A stretch of DNA of 64,000 nt from Candidatus Poriferihabitaceae bacterium (GTDB lineage: Bacteria > Pseudomonadota > Gammaproteobacteria > Arenicellales > Poriferihabitantaceae): positions 2,054,174-2,118,173 of the forward strand of contig OZ241878.1 in assembly GCA_965203365.1 (NCBI GenBank), read 5' to 3'. The notes under the pieces were generated by a model. It was not told the DNA's origin. It saw only the letters and a list, made by a program, of their open reading frames with translations, and did not search any database. This document shows positions 48,848 through 58,537 of this stretch, one piece after another (position 1 is the first letter of the stretch; each line of letters opens with the position of its first letter). The position numbers were made by a program, and so were the translations under genes.

Positions 48848-51037
48848 CTAACGGGGGCGCTGCAGACGGATGACAGAGGGTTTGAGATGCAGATCCCGCA
48901 TGATGTCGGCGAGATGCGTACGGTGCTGGACTTCGATCACGAACGACATGCGCGAGGTGTTGCCAGTCAGCTTCTCGACATTGAGCTTGTTGATATTCGA
49001 ATTGTGGTGGGCGATGGTGTTGCTGATGTCAGACAGAACCCCGGGCCGATTCTGACTTTCCAGTTTCAGCATGGCCTCGAAGAGTCCCTTGGGGTCATCC
49101 ACCCAGTTCAGATAGAAGAACCGGTCCGGATGTTTCATGATGCCACGAGAGTTGGGGCACCGCAACCGGTGGATCACCAGGCCCCGGTCGGCCGTGGTGG
49201 TGCCGATGATACGGTCGTCGGGGATCGGGTAACAGCATTTCGCATAGTTCACCAAGAGCCCTTCGGTCCCGTCAATGATCATTTGGGTGGGATGGTGGCC
49301 TGACCGGCGACGTGGTTTGGGCGCCTGGTTCGGCCTTGTGACAACCGAGATGAGTTGTTTGGCCACGAGCGGGGCCAATCGTTTGCCGAACCCGATATCG
49401 GTCAGCAACTCGGGCCAGTCCCGCAATGCCAGTGCCTCCAACAGGAGAAGCTTATGCTCGCTTGGGATGCGGATCCGACGGTAGCCTTGATCCCACAAGG
49501 CCGTGCGGAGCATTTTCTGCCCCAGCTTGAGGGATTCCTTGCCCTTTTGTTTGTGCAGGTAGTGACGGATGGCACTGCGCGCCTTGGATGTCACGACATA
49601 GTTCAGCCACCCCGGATCAGGTCGGGCCCGGATGGAGGTCGTGATTTCCACATGATTGCCGTTGCGCAATCTTTCATACAGCGGTACTTCCCGGTTGTCG
49701 ATTCTGGCGCCCACGCAGCGATTGCCCACATCGGAGTGGACGGCGTAGGCAAAATCCAGGACGGTCGAATAACGCGGCAGACGCTTGATGTCCCCTTTGG
49801 GGGTGAACACGTAGACCTTGTCCGGATACAGGTCAGCCTTGAGATGCTCAATGAACTCGCCCGAGTCGCCGGAATCCTGCTGGGACTCCAGGAAACTGGA
49901 TAGCCATTGTTGCGCCAGTCGTTGAGGGGCGGTGTCGTCCGATGGGTCGGTTTTGTAGCGCCAGTGAGACGCCACGCCGGCTTCGGCCAGATGATGCATC
50001 GCCCGGCTGCGAATTTGCACTTCCACCACCTGACCGAAGGGTCCGATCACACAGGTATGCAGGGATTGGTAGCCGTTGGCCTTCGGAATGGCGATGTAGT
50101 CCTTGAAGGTCGCCGGTCGGGGCTGAAACAGACTATGGATGATACCTAGGGCCTGGTAGCATTGATTGCGGCCATTCGTGATGACGCGCAGGGCAAAGAT
50201 GTCCGCGAGGTCACGAAGTTGGACACGACTGGCTTCCCGGTGCCGGGCCTTGTTGTAAATGCTGTACAGGCTCTTTTCCCGACCTTCCACTTCGGCATCG
50301 ATGCCGACTCGCTCGAATCCTTGCTGGATGGCTTGTCTGACTTCCTCAACGACCCCCCTGCGCCCCCGCTTGCGGCTACGAACCATCTTGCGAATGACCT
50401 CATACCGTTTCGGATACAGGTTCTCGAAGGCCAGATCCTCCAGGCTGTTGGCCAACTCGCGCATGCCCATGCGATCAGCAATGGGGGCATAGATGTCGAG
50501 GGTTTGACGGGCAATGCGGCGGCGTTTATCCCGGTCCAGGGCTTGCAGCGTGCGCATGTTGTGCAAGCGATCGCAGAGCTTGATAATGATCACCCGGATG
50601 TCCTGTGCCATGGCCATGAACATCTTGCGAAACGAGGCGGCTTCCGCATGTTCCTTGGATGTGACTTCCAGTTGGCTGACCTTGCTGACACCATCGACCA
50701 GATGCGCCACATCCCCCCCGAAACGGGACCGGACCTCTTCCAGGGTCACTGGGGTATCTTCCACCACATCGTGCAGAATGGCCGCAACGATGGTCCGGCT
50801 GTCCATCCGCATCCCGCCGAGAATCTGGGCGACGGCGACGGGATGGGAAATATAGGCCTCCCCGTTTTTTCGGATTTGATCCTTGTGGGCCTCCGCCCCG
50901 AACCGGACGGCCGCCTCGACGTTGGACAACTTCTCGTTGTCCATATACTCGCCCAGGTCATTGAGCAGGTCCTTGACCAGAGATGGCTTAGGGCGGCTCT
51001 CGCGAGGTCGGAACAGTCTGGCTTCGGTCAGGGGCAT
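48848..51037 (-). CDS. spoT: Bifunctional (p)ppGpp synthetase/hydrolase SpoT
   Basis: HD domain (YISHPVAVAQIL, HDVVEDT), synthetase domain (GREKSLYSIYNK, YQSLHT), and TGS and ACT regions. The start is uncertain: the ATG at 51037 is chosen, while the track's 51118 lies inside rpoZ. Confidence 0.9.
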   Translation of the reverse strand: MPLTEARLFRPRESRPKPSLVKDLLNDLGEYMDNEKLSNVEAAVRFGAEAHKDQIRKNGEAYISHPVAVAQILGGMRMDSRTIVAAILHDVVEDTPVTLEEVRSRFGGDVAHLVDGVSKVSQLEVTSKEHAEAASFRKMFMAMAQDIRVIIIKLCDRLHNMRTLQALDRDKRRRIARQTLDIYAPIADRMGMRELANSLEDLAFENLYPKRYEVIRKMVRSRKRGRRGVVEEVRQAIQQGFERVGIDAEVEGREKSLYSIYNKARHREASRVQLRDLADIFALRVITNGRNQCYQALGIIHSLFQPRPATFKDYIAIPKANGYQSLHTCVIGPFGQVVEVQIRSRAMHHLAEAGVASHWRYKTDPSDDTAPQRLAQQWLSSFLESQQDSGDSGEFIEHLKADLYPDKVYVFTPKGDIKRLPRYSTVLDFAYAVHSDVGNRCVGARIDNREVPLYERLRNGNHVEITTSIRARPDPGWLNYVVTSKARSAIRHYLHKQKGKESLKLGQKMLRTALWDQGYRRIRIPSEHKLLLLEALALRDWPELLTDIGFGKRLAPLVAKQLISVVTRPNQAPKPRRRSGHHPTQMIIDGTEGLLVNYAKCCYPIPDDRIIGTTTADRGLVIHRLRCPNSRGIMKHPDRFFYLNWVDDPKGLFEAMLKLESQNRPGVLSDISNTIAHHNSNINKLNVEKLTGNTSRMSFVIEVQHRTHLADIMRDLHLKPSVIRLQRPR

Positions 51038-51092
51038 CGGAGCAAGGAGAGAATGCAGTCTGGTCACGCCGGATCGAGCAGACAATGGCCGA

Positions 51093-51446
51093 TCAATCCA
51101 TTTCGCTGGACTCCTCATCAGTTGTCATCGCCCCTCCACCGAGCATCATCGCCAGTTCCGCATCCACATCGGTCACATCCGGGCTGCCATCGGGCCCGTC
51201 CTCGTCCGTTTCGGCGGTGGGACCAAAGAGGTCCTTGGGTATCGAGGTCTCCTCGGTCAGGACTTCCGGTCCAATCAATCCTTCGGCAATTTCCCGCAGC
51301 GCAATCACCGTGGGCTTGTCATTTTCAGCCGGCACGTGGGGCTCCGCTCCCAGGATCAGCTGCCGCGCCCGTTTGGTGGCAATCAGCACCAGTTGAAATC
51401 GGTTGTCAATGTGTTCCAGACAGTCGGTTACCGTAATTCTTGCCAT
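51093..51446 (-). CDS. rpoZ: RNA polymerase omega subunit, with an extended acidic tail
   Basis: [30 protein letters not shown] from the ATG at 51446. 117 aa. Lies in the gmk-rpoZ-spoT synteny block. Confidence 0.92.
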   Translation of the reverse strand: MARITVTDCLEHIDNRFQLVLIATKRARQLILGAEPHVPAENDKPTVIALREIAEGLIGPEVLTEETSIPKDLFGPTAETDEDGPDGSPDVTDVDAELAMMLGGGAMTTDEESSEMD

Positions 51447-51491
51447 GTCGTTGCCGTGTTCAGTTGAATGAGGGTGAGATAGTAACAAAAA

Positions 51492-52121
51492 TCAGGACTT
51501 CGGGGTTTTAGCCGAAAGATGTGAAACAGCGGGATCCTTGACAGGTGATTGGCCAGGGATAGGTTCGTTGAGCTCATTGATTGCGTGGTTCAGTTGTTCC
51601 AGTGCGCACGCAAAATCATCGTTCACGATGATCACATCGTACTCATCGGCATGACTCATTTCGCTCCGGGCCTGCCGCATGCGCTTGGCAATCACTTGGT
51701 CACTGTCTTGTCGACGGTCCCGCAACCGCTGTTCCAAGGTCGCCTCGGATGGGGGGTTGATGAACACGGAGCGCGTGCCGGGATACTGTTCTCTGACTTT
51801 GCGGGCGCCTTGCCAGTCGATTTCCAGGAGGGCATGTCGGCCAGTACGGGTCAGGGCCTCGATTGCTTCAATCGAGGTCCCGTAAAGATTCCCAAAAACC
51901 TCTGCATATTCCACAAACTGGTCTGCATGGATCATCCGGTGGAAATGGTCGTGGTCCACGAAATGATAGTCCCGGCCATCGACCTCACCCGGCCGTTGAG
52001 GGCGAGTCGTGTGCGAAATGGTCAACCCCACATCATCCCGTTCGTTCACGAGGGCCCAGGACAGACTGGTCTTGCCTGCCCCTGAGGGCGCAGAAAGGAT
52101 CAGAATCCCGGGAATATTCAT
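51492..52121 (-). CDS. gmk: Guanylate kinase
   Basis: From the ATG at 52121: MNIPGILILSAPSGAGKTSL, TTRPQRPGEVDGRDYHF and EIDWQGA. Confidence 0.92.
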   Translation of the reverse strand: MNIPGILILSAPSGAGKTSLSWALVNERDDVGLTISHTTRPQRPGEVDGRDYHFVDHDHFHRMIHADQFVEYAEVFGNLYGTSIEAIEALTRTGRHALLEIDWQGARKVREQYPGTRSVFINPPSEATLEQRLRDRRQDSDQVIAKRMRQARSEMSHADEYDVIIVNDDFACALEQLNHAINELNEPIPGQSPVKDPAVSHLSAKTPKS

Positions 52122-52290
52122 GAATGGCAGAAGGCTCCACGCCATGGGGTGACACCGGATGGGGCCCCTTAACCCCGTATGTTCAATGGGAGGGCGTATT
52201 CTAGGATAAACCGACATCCCCTGCACCGATGAGAGTGCATATCCGGCCATGGTCGCAGGCTCGGGATCGGCACCTCAGCCGGGCGGAGAA

Positions 52291-53500
52291 TGTGGCCAGC
52301 TCCCAATCGGTCTAGGGCGGCCGTCGACTGAGGCCCAATACGCATTCGCGTACTAGTACTTTATCATTGTGATATTGACGGATAAAGAGTTTTCAGCTTG
52401 ATTCGAGCATCGTCGGCCGTGAATTGCCAGTTCACGGTAACCGCCTCCCGGTTGTGCGCATTCGTCCAGGCACTCACTTCGTTTTCGACCGTGACCCGAT
52501 CAGGAATCCGCCGATGGAAGCATGGTCTCGACCAGACACTGAACTCGCCTTCGGCGATGTGGAGCCAACTGCCCTGCTTTGGCGTGGACACACACTCCAA
52601 CCGGTCCAGCAAGGAGCGGGCCTTGTCGGGAGCAAACGCCTGGTCCAGGGACGCGCCTGTATGGGGGTTCCGATGATCCCTTACCAAGGTGATGCGCTTC
52701 GCCATCGGAAAATCCTCCTCGACCCACCGCCTCACTCCCGGTGCCCATGGCCAGGCTGCCTGATGGTCCGCGACATCAATTCGGCGCCGCCCAACCCGTG
52801 GGGCATAGAACAAGATCAGAAGGGCCACCCCAGGGCGTTCGGATGCCACCTCGTCGCATTCCATCTGACCCGGCTTGCCGGGAATCACCGGACGGACTGC
52901 CTTCCCGCATGGCCCGCGGGTTTCCTCCAGACAGACCATCGGATCATCCGGGTCCTGGGGTCGTTGATCGGTGGCTATCAAAAATCCATACTTAAGTGTC
53001 TGGCAGAAAACCCCTTTTTTCGGGCGACCCGGCTCATACCTAACCCGTTCCCGCCACCCGGCCCAGATGCCTTGGTCCCGCCAGCGGCCAAAGCCCCGGT
53101 GGGAGTTCTTCCCGTCGCCGTCATCCGGTGGCTCGGCCTGCAACACCGCTACCGGGACAAGGATTTGCGCACCCGGCAGTGTGCCTGCTGGAACAAGGGG
53201 GTCGGCCCGAAGTCGACCGAAATACTGGCCGCCCAAGCCGAGACCGATGGCGTCAGCGAGTCAATCCACATCATATGGTCCAGATGTTTTCGGGTCATGG
53301 ACAGCGAAAGCCTGCATGTCGCAGGATGCCTGCTTGGTCACAGTTCACCATCATGGCCAACCGTTACGTCCATCAAGTCGATGCGCAGGTCGGCCATGAA
53401 CCCAAGCGATTGGCAACTACGATTCAACACAAGCTGTGTTACACTGATGGGCAATCAAGGCACCTTACAGGGTCTGCACTAAACCATCGGTGGTGGCCCA
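52291..53500 (-). mobile_element. IS630-family insertion sequence, probably defective; ends tentative
   Basis: About 1.2 kb around the transposase gene. The candidate imperfect terminal inverted repeats are 52291-52320 and the reverse complement of 53471-53500, which agree at about 21 of 30 positions with three gaps. I could not identify a TA target duplication. Confidence 0.45.
52364..53236 (-). CDS. IS630-family transposase, diverged
   Basis: RITLVRDHRNPHTGASL, DRLECVSTPKQGSWLHIAEGEFSVWSR and NWQFTADDARIKLKTLYP follow the LV.DNLNTH / TPKHGSWLNMAEIE / W.FT..DAR.KL..LYP pattern. The first catalytic Asp position reads VCLEE instead of DE, so the enzyme may be inactive. Confidence 0.7.
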   Translation of the reverse strand: MGGQYFGRLRADPLVPAGTLPGAQILVPVAVLQAEPPDDGDGKNSHRGFGRWRDQGIWAGWRERVRYEPGRPKKGVFCQTLKYGFLIATDQRPQDPDDPMVCLEETRGPCGKAVRPVIPGKPGQMECDEVASERPGVALLILFYAPRVGRRRIDVADHQAAWPWAPGVRRWVEEDFPMAKRITLVRDHRNPHTGASLDQAFAPDKARSLLDRLECVSTPKQGSWLHIAEGEFSVWSRPCFHRRIPDRVTVENEVSAWTNAHNREAVTVNWQFTADDARIKLKTLYPSISQ

Positions 53501-53518
53501 AAACTTAGATTTGAGGAT

Positions 53519-54403
53519 ATAGCAAAAGTCGTAGGCTTCATTAGTGAAAAGGGTGGCACAGGCAAGACCACGGCTTGCTACCACATTGCTGTGGCCCTTC
53601 AGCGTTATTACCACAAGCGTATATTGGTGGTCGATACAGACTATCAGAGAGGCGGAATCACCGGGAGATTTTTCCCCGATCTAATTGAACCTTTCGGCTC
53701 TGGAGAGATGAGTGGGACGACAATGTTCCACAAATTCCAGGAACTCTATAGCGCAGGAGAACGTTCTCCTGAAGTTGATGTTCGGCCTTGGAGAAATTGT
53801 ATTGATGTAATCATTTCTGACCCCCGCCTTTCGACTGTTACAGAAGATAAACTCCCAAGTACCCACAATATTCGGGATAACAACATATCCCTTTTGAAAA
53901 ATCTTCAGGTAATTGATTTTGTTCTTGATTCGATTAAAGATTGCTATGACTACATTCTGATTGATAGCCATCCTGAAGTATCTGATATTTTGCGTTCTGT
54001 AATTTATTCATCCGATTACTGTGTTTCACCGGTAAAATTTGATCGACAGTCTTCCATCGGTGTCGCTACGATAATAGGAGAAATCAACAATGTTAACGCA
54101 GATGTGGAGCTTATTAGAAATAGTCTGGATAATGAAATTCAATATGTGGATACAGTATGTTCTGGCTCAATGGGGATGATGGCTCGAGAGTGGAGCGGAG
54201 ACCTGAAACGAACAGAGCAATTAGAGCGCAATCGACTAAGGCGGACCGGAAGCATATTCGAAACTTATATTACTGAGGGCGATGGTTTAAGAAGAGCCTT
54301 GTTAGACAGGAACCCAGTCTATGATGTTAGTAGCAATAATGCGAACAAGCAAGCAGATCAATTTCGCGAACTCACTCGCGAGTTTCTGGAGAAGTGCCCA
54401 TGA
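53519..54403 (+). CDS. ParA/MinD-family ATPase (orphan, AT-rich); start codon problematic
   Basis: The deviant Walker A SEKGGTGKTT (53543-53572) lies upstream of the track's GTG start at 53591. VVDTDYQ and YILIDSHP are the Walker A' and B motifs. The C-terminus is ParA-like (ETYITEG..RALLDRNPVYD). The frame is open from 53483 but has no ATG, GTG or TTG before 53591. The coordinates here start at the ATA (53519) of IAKVVGFIS. Confidence 0.6.
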   Translation: MAKVVGFISEKGGTGKTTACYHIAVALQRYYHKRILVVDTDYQRGGITGRFFPDLIEPFGSGEMSGTTMFHKFQELYSAGERSPEVDVRPWRNCIDVIISDPRLSTVTEDKLPSTHNIRDNNISLLKNLQVIDFVLDSIKDCYDYILIDSHPEVSDILRSVIYSSDYCVSPVKFDRQSSIGVATIIGEINNVNADVELIRNSLDNEIQYVDTVCSGSMGMMAREWSGDLKRTEQLERNRLRRTGSIFETYITEGDGLRRALLDRNPVYDVSSNNANKQADQFRELTREFLEKCP

Positions 54404-54810
54404 AAGACATTAACGTTGAAAAGTTGATCGAGTGGCTCGGACCAGATGGTGCAATTGCCGGATTGGAAGAAAGTAACCTCACAGTATTGGAGCTTTATGA
54501 GGTAGCAATGCGTAACGGCCTTATGGTAGAGAGAAGAACAAGGCGACATGATATTATCATTGACCTCATCAATCGAAATTCCATTAAGATTGATAAGACA
54601 ACAGACGAATTATTAGCTATGAGTCGTGACGATCTTGGCGACTATTTCAAAAGCAGAAAAGTTTCCCAAACGGAACTCTTGAGGTTGCTTTCGCAGTTTG
54701 ATATTTCCCCTGCCCCAGGAGACAAAGCCCGCCTAGTAGATTTTGCTGCAAGGGAGATTAGCGACGTGGGCATGTACCAAAGAGTAGCAAAGGGTGTGCG
54801 AAGTGTATGA
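54400..54810 (+). CDS. Hypothetical 136-aa protein coupled to the ParA-like gene
   Basis: The ATG at 54400 overlaps the ParA stop as ATGA. The protein looks helical and charged, and I recognise no family. The AT-rich codon usage matches the ParA-like gene. Confidence 0.5.
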   Translation: MKDINVEKLIEWLGPDGAIAGLEESNLTVLELYEVAMRNGLMVERRTRRHDIIIDLINRNSIKIDKTTDELLAMSRDDLGDYFKSRKVSQTELLRLLSQFDISPAPGDKARLVDFAAREISDVGMYQRVAKGVRSV

Positions 54811-55240
54811 GCGACTCACTTGTCACCTCAATGCTACTCTCCATATATGAATACGCGTGGCGGTCTTGTGTATTAAACGATATAGGAATAATGGCGATGA
54901 CTGTATCAGGTGACGCGATGGTGACTGTTTTATTGACCATGTCACAACCGATAAAATAGCGCGAACTCTGATAGACATACCCTGCGACGGAAACATCATA
55001 CCGTCGCCGACCATATCAAATCAGCGTGAGGATCCAGAGAACGAAATCACTGTTGCCATCGCTTTACCGTCTGACTCACCTCTTGTACACACCCGACGAG
55101 GCACGATCTCCATACGCAGTACTCTGCACCGGAATATCGCGATGCGTCAGAACGAACAACCTTCGAAAAAGTGGTGCCTTTTCGGCGACCGTCTTTCGAT
55201 TCTTCGACAGTGCTGGGAGCAAAAGTCACTAATCTCAGTC

Positions 55241-55295
55241 CGGAAATCCTTCCCCACTTCCACTCTGAAGTGCAACATGTGCCGCGCTCCCGGAA
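55241..55295 (+). repeat. Conserved ~55-nt element, copy 2
   Basis: cggaaatccttccccacttccactctgaagtgcaacatgtgccgcgctcccggaa lies 9 nt from the thiX stop. It contains the hairpin cacttc-cactct-gaagtg. Confidence 0.5.
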
Positions 55296-55303
55296 CTCGG
55301 CCG

Positions 55304-56065
55304 TCAAGTCGTATCCCTGATGATCCGATGACAAGACAGATCCACAATGGCACGCAGTGCCACAGTGACCACACAAAGTGCCAACAAGGCGGCAAACATC
55401 AAGTCAATCTTGACCCGTCCATTGGCCAGCAGCATCAGATAACCGAGGCCGTTGGAGGCACCGACCCATTCCCCGATGACGGCCCCGATAGGAGCATATA
55501 CCGCCGCCAACTTGATGCCGGATGCCAAGGCCGGCAAGGCGGCAGGCACTCGGATTTGCAACAGGGCGGACAGGTTCGAACTGCGCATGGTGTGGGCCAG
55601 GTCGAGATAGCCCCGCGGCGTGGCCCGCAGACCATCCAGAAAGGTCGAGGTGACCGGAAAATAGACAATCAAGACAGCCATGGCAATCTTGGAGGCCAGA
55701 CCATAGCCCAACCACAGGGTTAGCAGCGGAGCGAGTGCAAACACCGGGATGGTCTGGCTCATGACCAAGGCGGGCATCAGCAACTTGCGTGAACGATCCG
55801 AAGCCATCAGATGCAGCGCCGTCCCGACCCCGGCCGTGACCCCCAGGACCAGCCCGGCGATGACTTCCGTGGCCGTGATCAGCGCATGGTGCATGATCAG
55901 CCCGAAATGCGCATAAAATGCCCGGATGACCCGGACCGGGCCCGGCAGGATGAACGGTTCCACGCGGGTCACCCAAACCAGCAATTGCCAGATCACGACG
56001 AGAAACAGACCCACGAGGGTGGCTTCCATGACCCCGGCCCATGCCGATTTCCCTCCCGCTCTCAT
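55304..56065 (-). CDS. thiX: ABC transporter permease, ThiX-like (pyrimidine precursor uptake)
   Basis: 253 aa, NitT/TauT-type permease with about six TM segments. It is the last gene of the riboswitch-controlled thi operon. The symbol rests on context. Confidence 0.6.
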   Translation of the reverse strand: MRAGGKSAWAGVMEATLVGLFLVVIWQLLVWVTRVEPFILPGPVRVIRAFYAHFGLIMHHALITATEVIAGLVLGVTAGVGTALHLMASDRSRKLLMPALVMSQTIPVFALAPLLTLWLGYGLASKIAMAVLIVYFPVTSTFLDGLRATPRGYLDLAHTMRSSNLSALLQIRVPAALPALASGIKLAAVYAPIGAVIGEWVGASNGLGYLMLLANGRVKIDLMFAALLALCVVTVALRAIVDLSCHRIIRDTT

Positions 56066-56778
56066 CGGGCGTTCAGCACCGAGAATATCTGGGCCTGGAC
56101 AGCCATGACCGAAGGGTCGTCCAATGGCCGAATGGTGGGAGAGGGTAACAGGTCGAAACGCTCCAACCCACCGTCGTACAGGGCATAGATCCTTTCTCCC
56201 ATGCGAAGGGCCTCGCCCAAGTCATGCGTCACCAGCAGCACCGTCCGGCCCTGCAGCATGGTGTGGGCCAAGTGTTGCATGTGCTTTCGGGTGGCGGGAT
56301 CCAGCGCGGAAAACGACTCGTCCAGCAAGATAATCGGGGTGTCCTCCATCAGCGTCCTGGCGAGGGCACAACGCTGGCGCATTCCACCGGACAACTGTCG
56401 GGGTTTGCTGCGGATGTGGCGGAACAAACCCACCGCTTCGATCAGCTTTTCCACCGTGTCCCGATCGGGTTTTTCCCGGCGCAATCGGGCGCCCAGCATC
56501 ACATTCTGTGATACCGTGAGCCACGGCAGCAACAGGTCGGATTGGTCCATGTAGGCGACTCGTCCTGCCACCGGAAGATGGTCGGTGGTGGTGATGGAAC
56601 CGAGGAAAGTGCCTCCAGTTTCCAGTCCTGCGATCAGTCGCAGTAAAGTCGATTTTCCAATGCCGGATGGTCCCAGCAGGCAGGTGCATTTGCCAGCCGG
56701 CAGGTCGAGTGACAGCTCCCGGAACAACTCCCGGTGGCCATAGGCAAACGTTCCTTCCAAGTGAATGCCGGGCATCAT
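56062..56778 (-). CDS. thiZ: ABC transporter ATP-binding protein, ThiZ-like
   Basis: Walker A GPSGIGKST, signature LSGGMRQR and Walker B ILLDE. Overlaps thiX by 4 nt. Confidence 0.65.
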   Translation of the reverse strand: MMPGIHLEGTFAYGHRELFRELSLDLPAGKCTCLLGPSGIGKSTLLRLIAGLETGGTFLGSITTTDHLPVAGRVAYMDQSDLLLPWLTVSQNVMLGARLRREKPDRDTVEKLIEAVGLFRHIRSKPRQLSGGMRQRCALARTLMEDTPIILLDESFSALDPATRKHMQHLAHTMLQGRTVLLVTHDLGEALRMGERIYALYDGGLERFDLLPSPTIRPLDDPSVMAVQAQIFSVLNAR

Positions 56779-56960
56779 GACCTGTCCGAAAAAACGAGGC
56801 TCTGCGAACTATGGGTTCCGGTCAGCGTCAATGCCCGACGTCTGGCGGGTTCGCCGGAACGGGTCATTGCGGTCTGCCCGCGGGATGTGGCGGGTGCTCT
56901 GCCCGGGCGTTTGTCCCGCTCCTTATCGGTCATCGGCGTGCAGTTGTCCGAACGAGTCGG

Positions 56961-57899
56961 TCATTCCTGCCGGGTGATATCCACGGCCAGGCGGTCCACC
57001 GGACTGATTTGCGGGATCAACCCGTGTTCCAAGAGAAAGGATTCCATCTGCTGGTAGCGCCCGGCATCCAATGCCGCGGGACGAAGAGCGAACCGGGGCA
57101 GAGTATCGAACCAGGCCAAGCGATTGAGGTCATCGCGCAGTTCCGGTGAGGTGGAGGCGAAGATCTCCCAGCTTTCCTCGGGATGATTGACGATGTACTG
57201 GACGGCTTGTTCCACCGCGGACAGAAATCGGATGATGGTGTCGATATCCATGGTGTCGGGATTGGCAACATAGATCAGTTCGTCATAAGGGGGCAGTCCC
57301 TCTTCTTCCAGATAGAAGCACTTTCCCTTGATCCCCTCGAGTTTCATCTGGTTCAGTTCAAAATTCCGGAACGCACCGATCACCGCATCGACTTGTTTAG
57401 TCATCAAAGACGGGGAAAGCGACCAGTTCACGTTCACGAGTTCGATATCGTCCAGATCCAGTCCATGGGGTTTCAGGATGCCGGTGAGCAGGGCTTCCTC
57501 CACCCCGGCCACGGAAAATCCTACCTTCCGACCGGCCAGGTCCCGCAGCGATTGCACCGGGCCTTCTGCCAGGACCAGCAGGCAGTTCAGTGGGGTAGCG
57601 ACCAACGTCCCGACTCGCACGAGGGGCAGGTTTTCGGCCACCTGCAGGTGGAGTTGCGGCTGGTAGGAAATCGCCAGGTCGGCCTCTCCGGCCGCGACCA
57701 GTTTCGGGGGCACGGACGGGTCGGCCGGGGGCACGATCCGGACATTCAGCCCCTGTTCGGCAAAATAGCCGTTTTCTTCGGCAATGAGAATCGGCCCGTG
57801 GTCCGGGTTCACGAACCAGTCTAGAATCAAGGTCAGGTCATCCATGGACCAAGCCGGGACGACCCAGAGCATGGCAAGTATAGGGAGGAGCTTTTTCAT
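56961..57899 (-). CDS. thiY: NMT1/THI5-like periplasmic binding protein, ThiY-like
   Basis: Signal peptide. LTLILDWFVNPDHGPILIAEENGYFAEQGLNV is the NMT1/THI5-type N-terminus. Confidence 0.65.
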   Translation of the reverse strand: MKKLLPILAMLWVVPAWSMDDLTLILDWFVNPDHGPILIAEENGYFAEQGLNVRIVPPADPSVPPKLVAAGEADLAISYQPQLHLQVAENLPLVRVGTLVATPLNCLLVLAEGPVQSLRDLAGRKVGFSVAGVEEALLTGILKPHGLDLDDIELVNVNWSLSPSLMTKQVDAVIGAFRNFELNQMKLEGIKGKCFYLEEEGLPPYDELIYVANPDTMDIDTIIRFLSAVEQAVQYIVNHPEESWEIFASTSPELRDDLNRLAWFDTLPRFALRPAALDAGRYQQMESFLLEHGLIPQISPVDRLAVDITRQE

Positions 57900-57928
57900 C
57901 TTTCAGTCCGCTTCGGGTGGCAGGGGTT

Positions 57929-58537
57929 TCATTGTCGATAGGGTTGGGTGCATTCGAGCCACTGTGTCAATCGGCTGTCGGGGGCCGGATTGAGGGTGAT
58001 GTCCGTTACCACGGCGACACTATCTGCCCCGGAAGCCAGAGCCGCTTGCGCTCGCTTTGGGTTCAGCCCCCCTAAAACGACCAATGGGATGTCTCCGATG
58101 AGGGACTTCCATTGAGCGATGCGTTCCAGCCCCTGGGGTGGCCAGGGCATGGCTTTCAAAATGGTCGGATAGATCGGACCCAGGGCGATGTAGGCGGGCC
58201 GTAGGGTCAGTGCCCGATCCAGTTCCTGCGGACTGTGGGTGCTGATGCCAAGTTGGATTCCAGCCGCTGCGATGGCCCCCAGATCAGCGTTGTCCAAATC
58301 CTCCTGTCCGAGGTGTACAGCGTCACAGCCCAACTTGATCGCCACCTGCCAGTGATCATTCACGACCAGTTGACAGTCATATTCACTACAGATCGCCCGG
58401 GCGCTGGCCACCTCATGGTGTATCCGCACCGGGTCTTCGCTCTTGATCCTGAGTTGCACCAGACGGACTCCATATGGGATCAGTCGTTCAATCCATTGGC
58501 TGCTGTCCCAGATGGGGTAAAACGGATCCAGGTTCAT
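57929..58537 (-). CDS. thiE: Thiamine-phosphate synthase
   Basis: [34 protein letters not shown] and a C-terminal GADSVAVV motif. Confidence 0.9.
   Translation of the reverse strand: MNLDPFYPIWDSSQWIERLIPYGVRLVQLRIKSEDPVRIHHEVASARAICSEYDCQLVVNDHWQVAIKLGCDAVHLGQEDLDNADLGAIAAAGIQLGISTHSPQELDRALTLRPAYIALGPIYPTILKAMPWPPQGLERIAQWKSLIGDIPLVVLGGLNPKRAQAALASGADSVAVVTDITLNPAPDSRLTQWLECTQPYRQ

Noticed and set aside
50162-51436. 424-aa plus-strand ORF
   Set aside because: It is antisense to spoT and rpoZ, both unambiguous. This is a shadow ORF.
52424-53482. 352-aa plus-strand ORF
   Set aside because: It is antisense to the IS630-family transposase, whose C-terminal motifs are recognisable on the minus strand.
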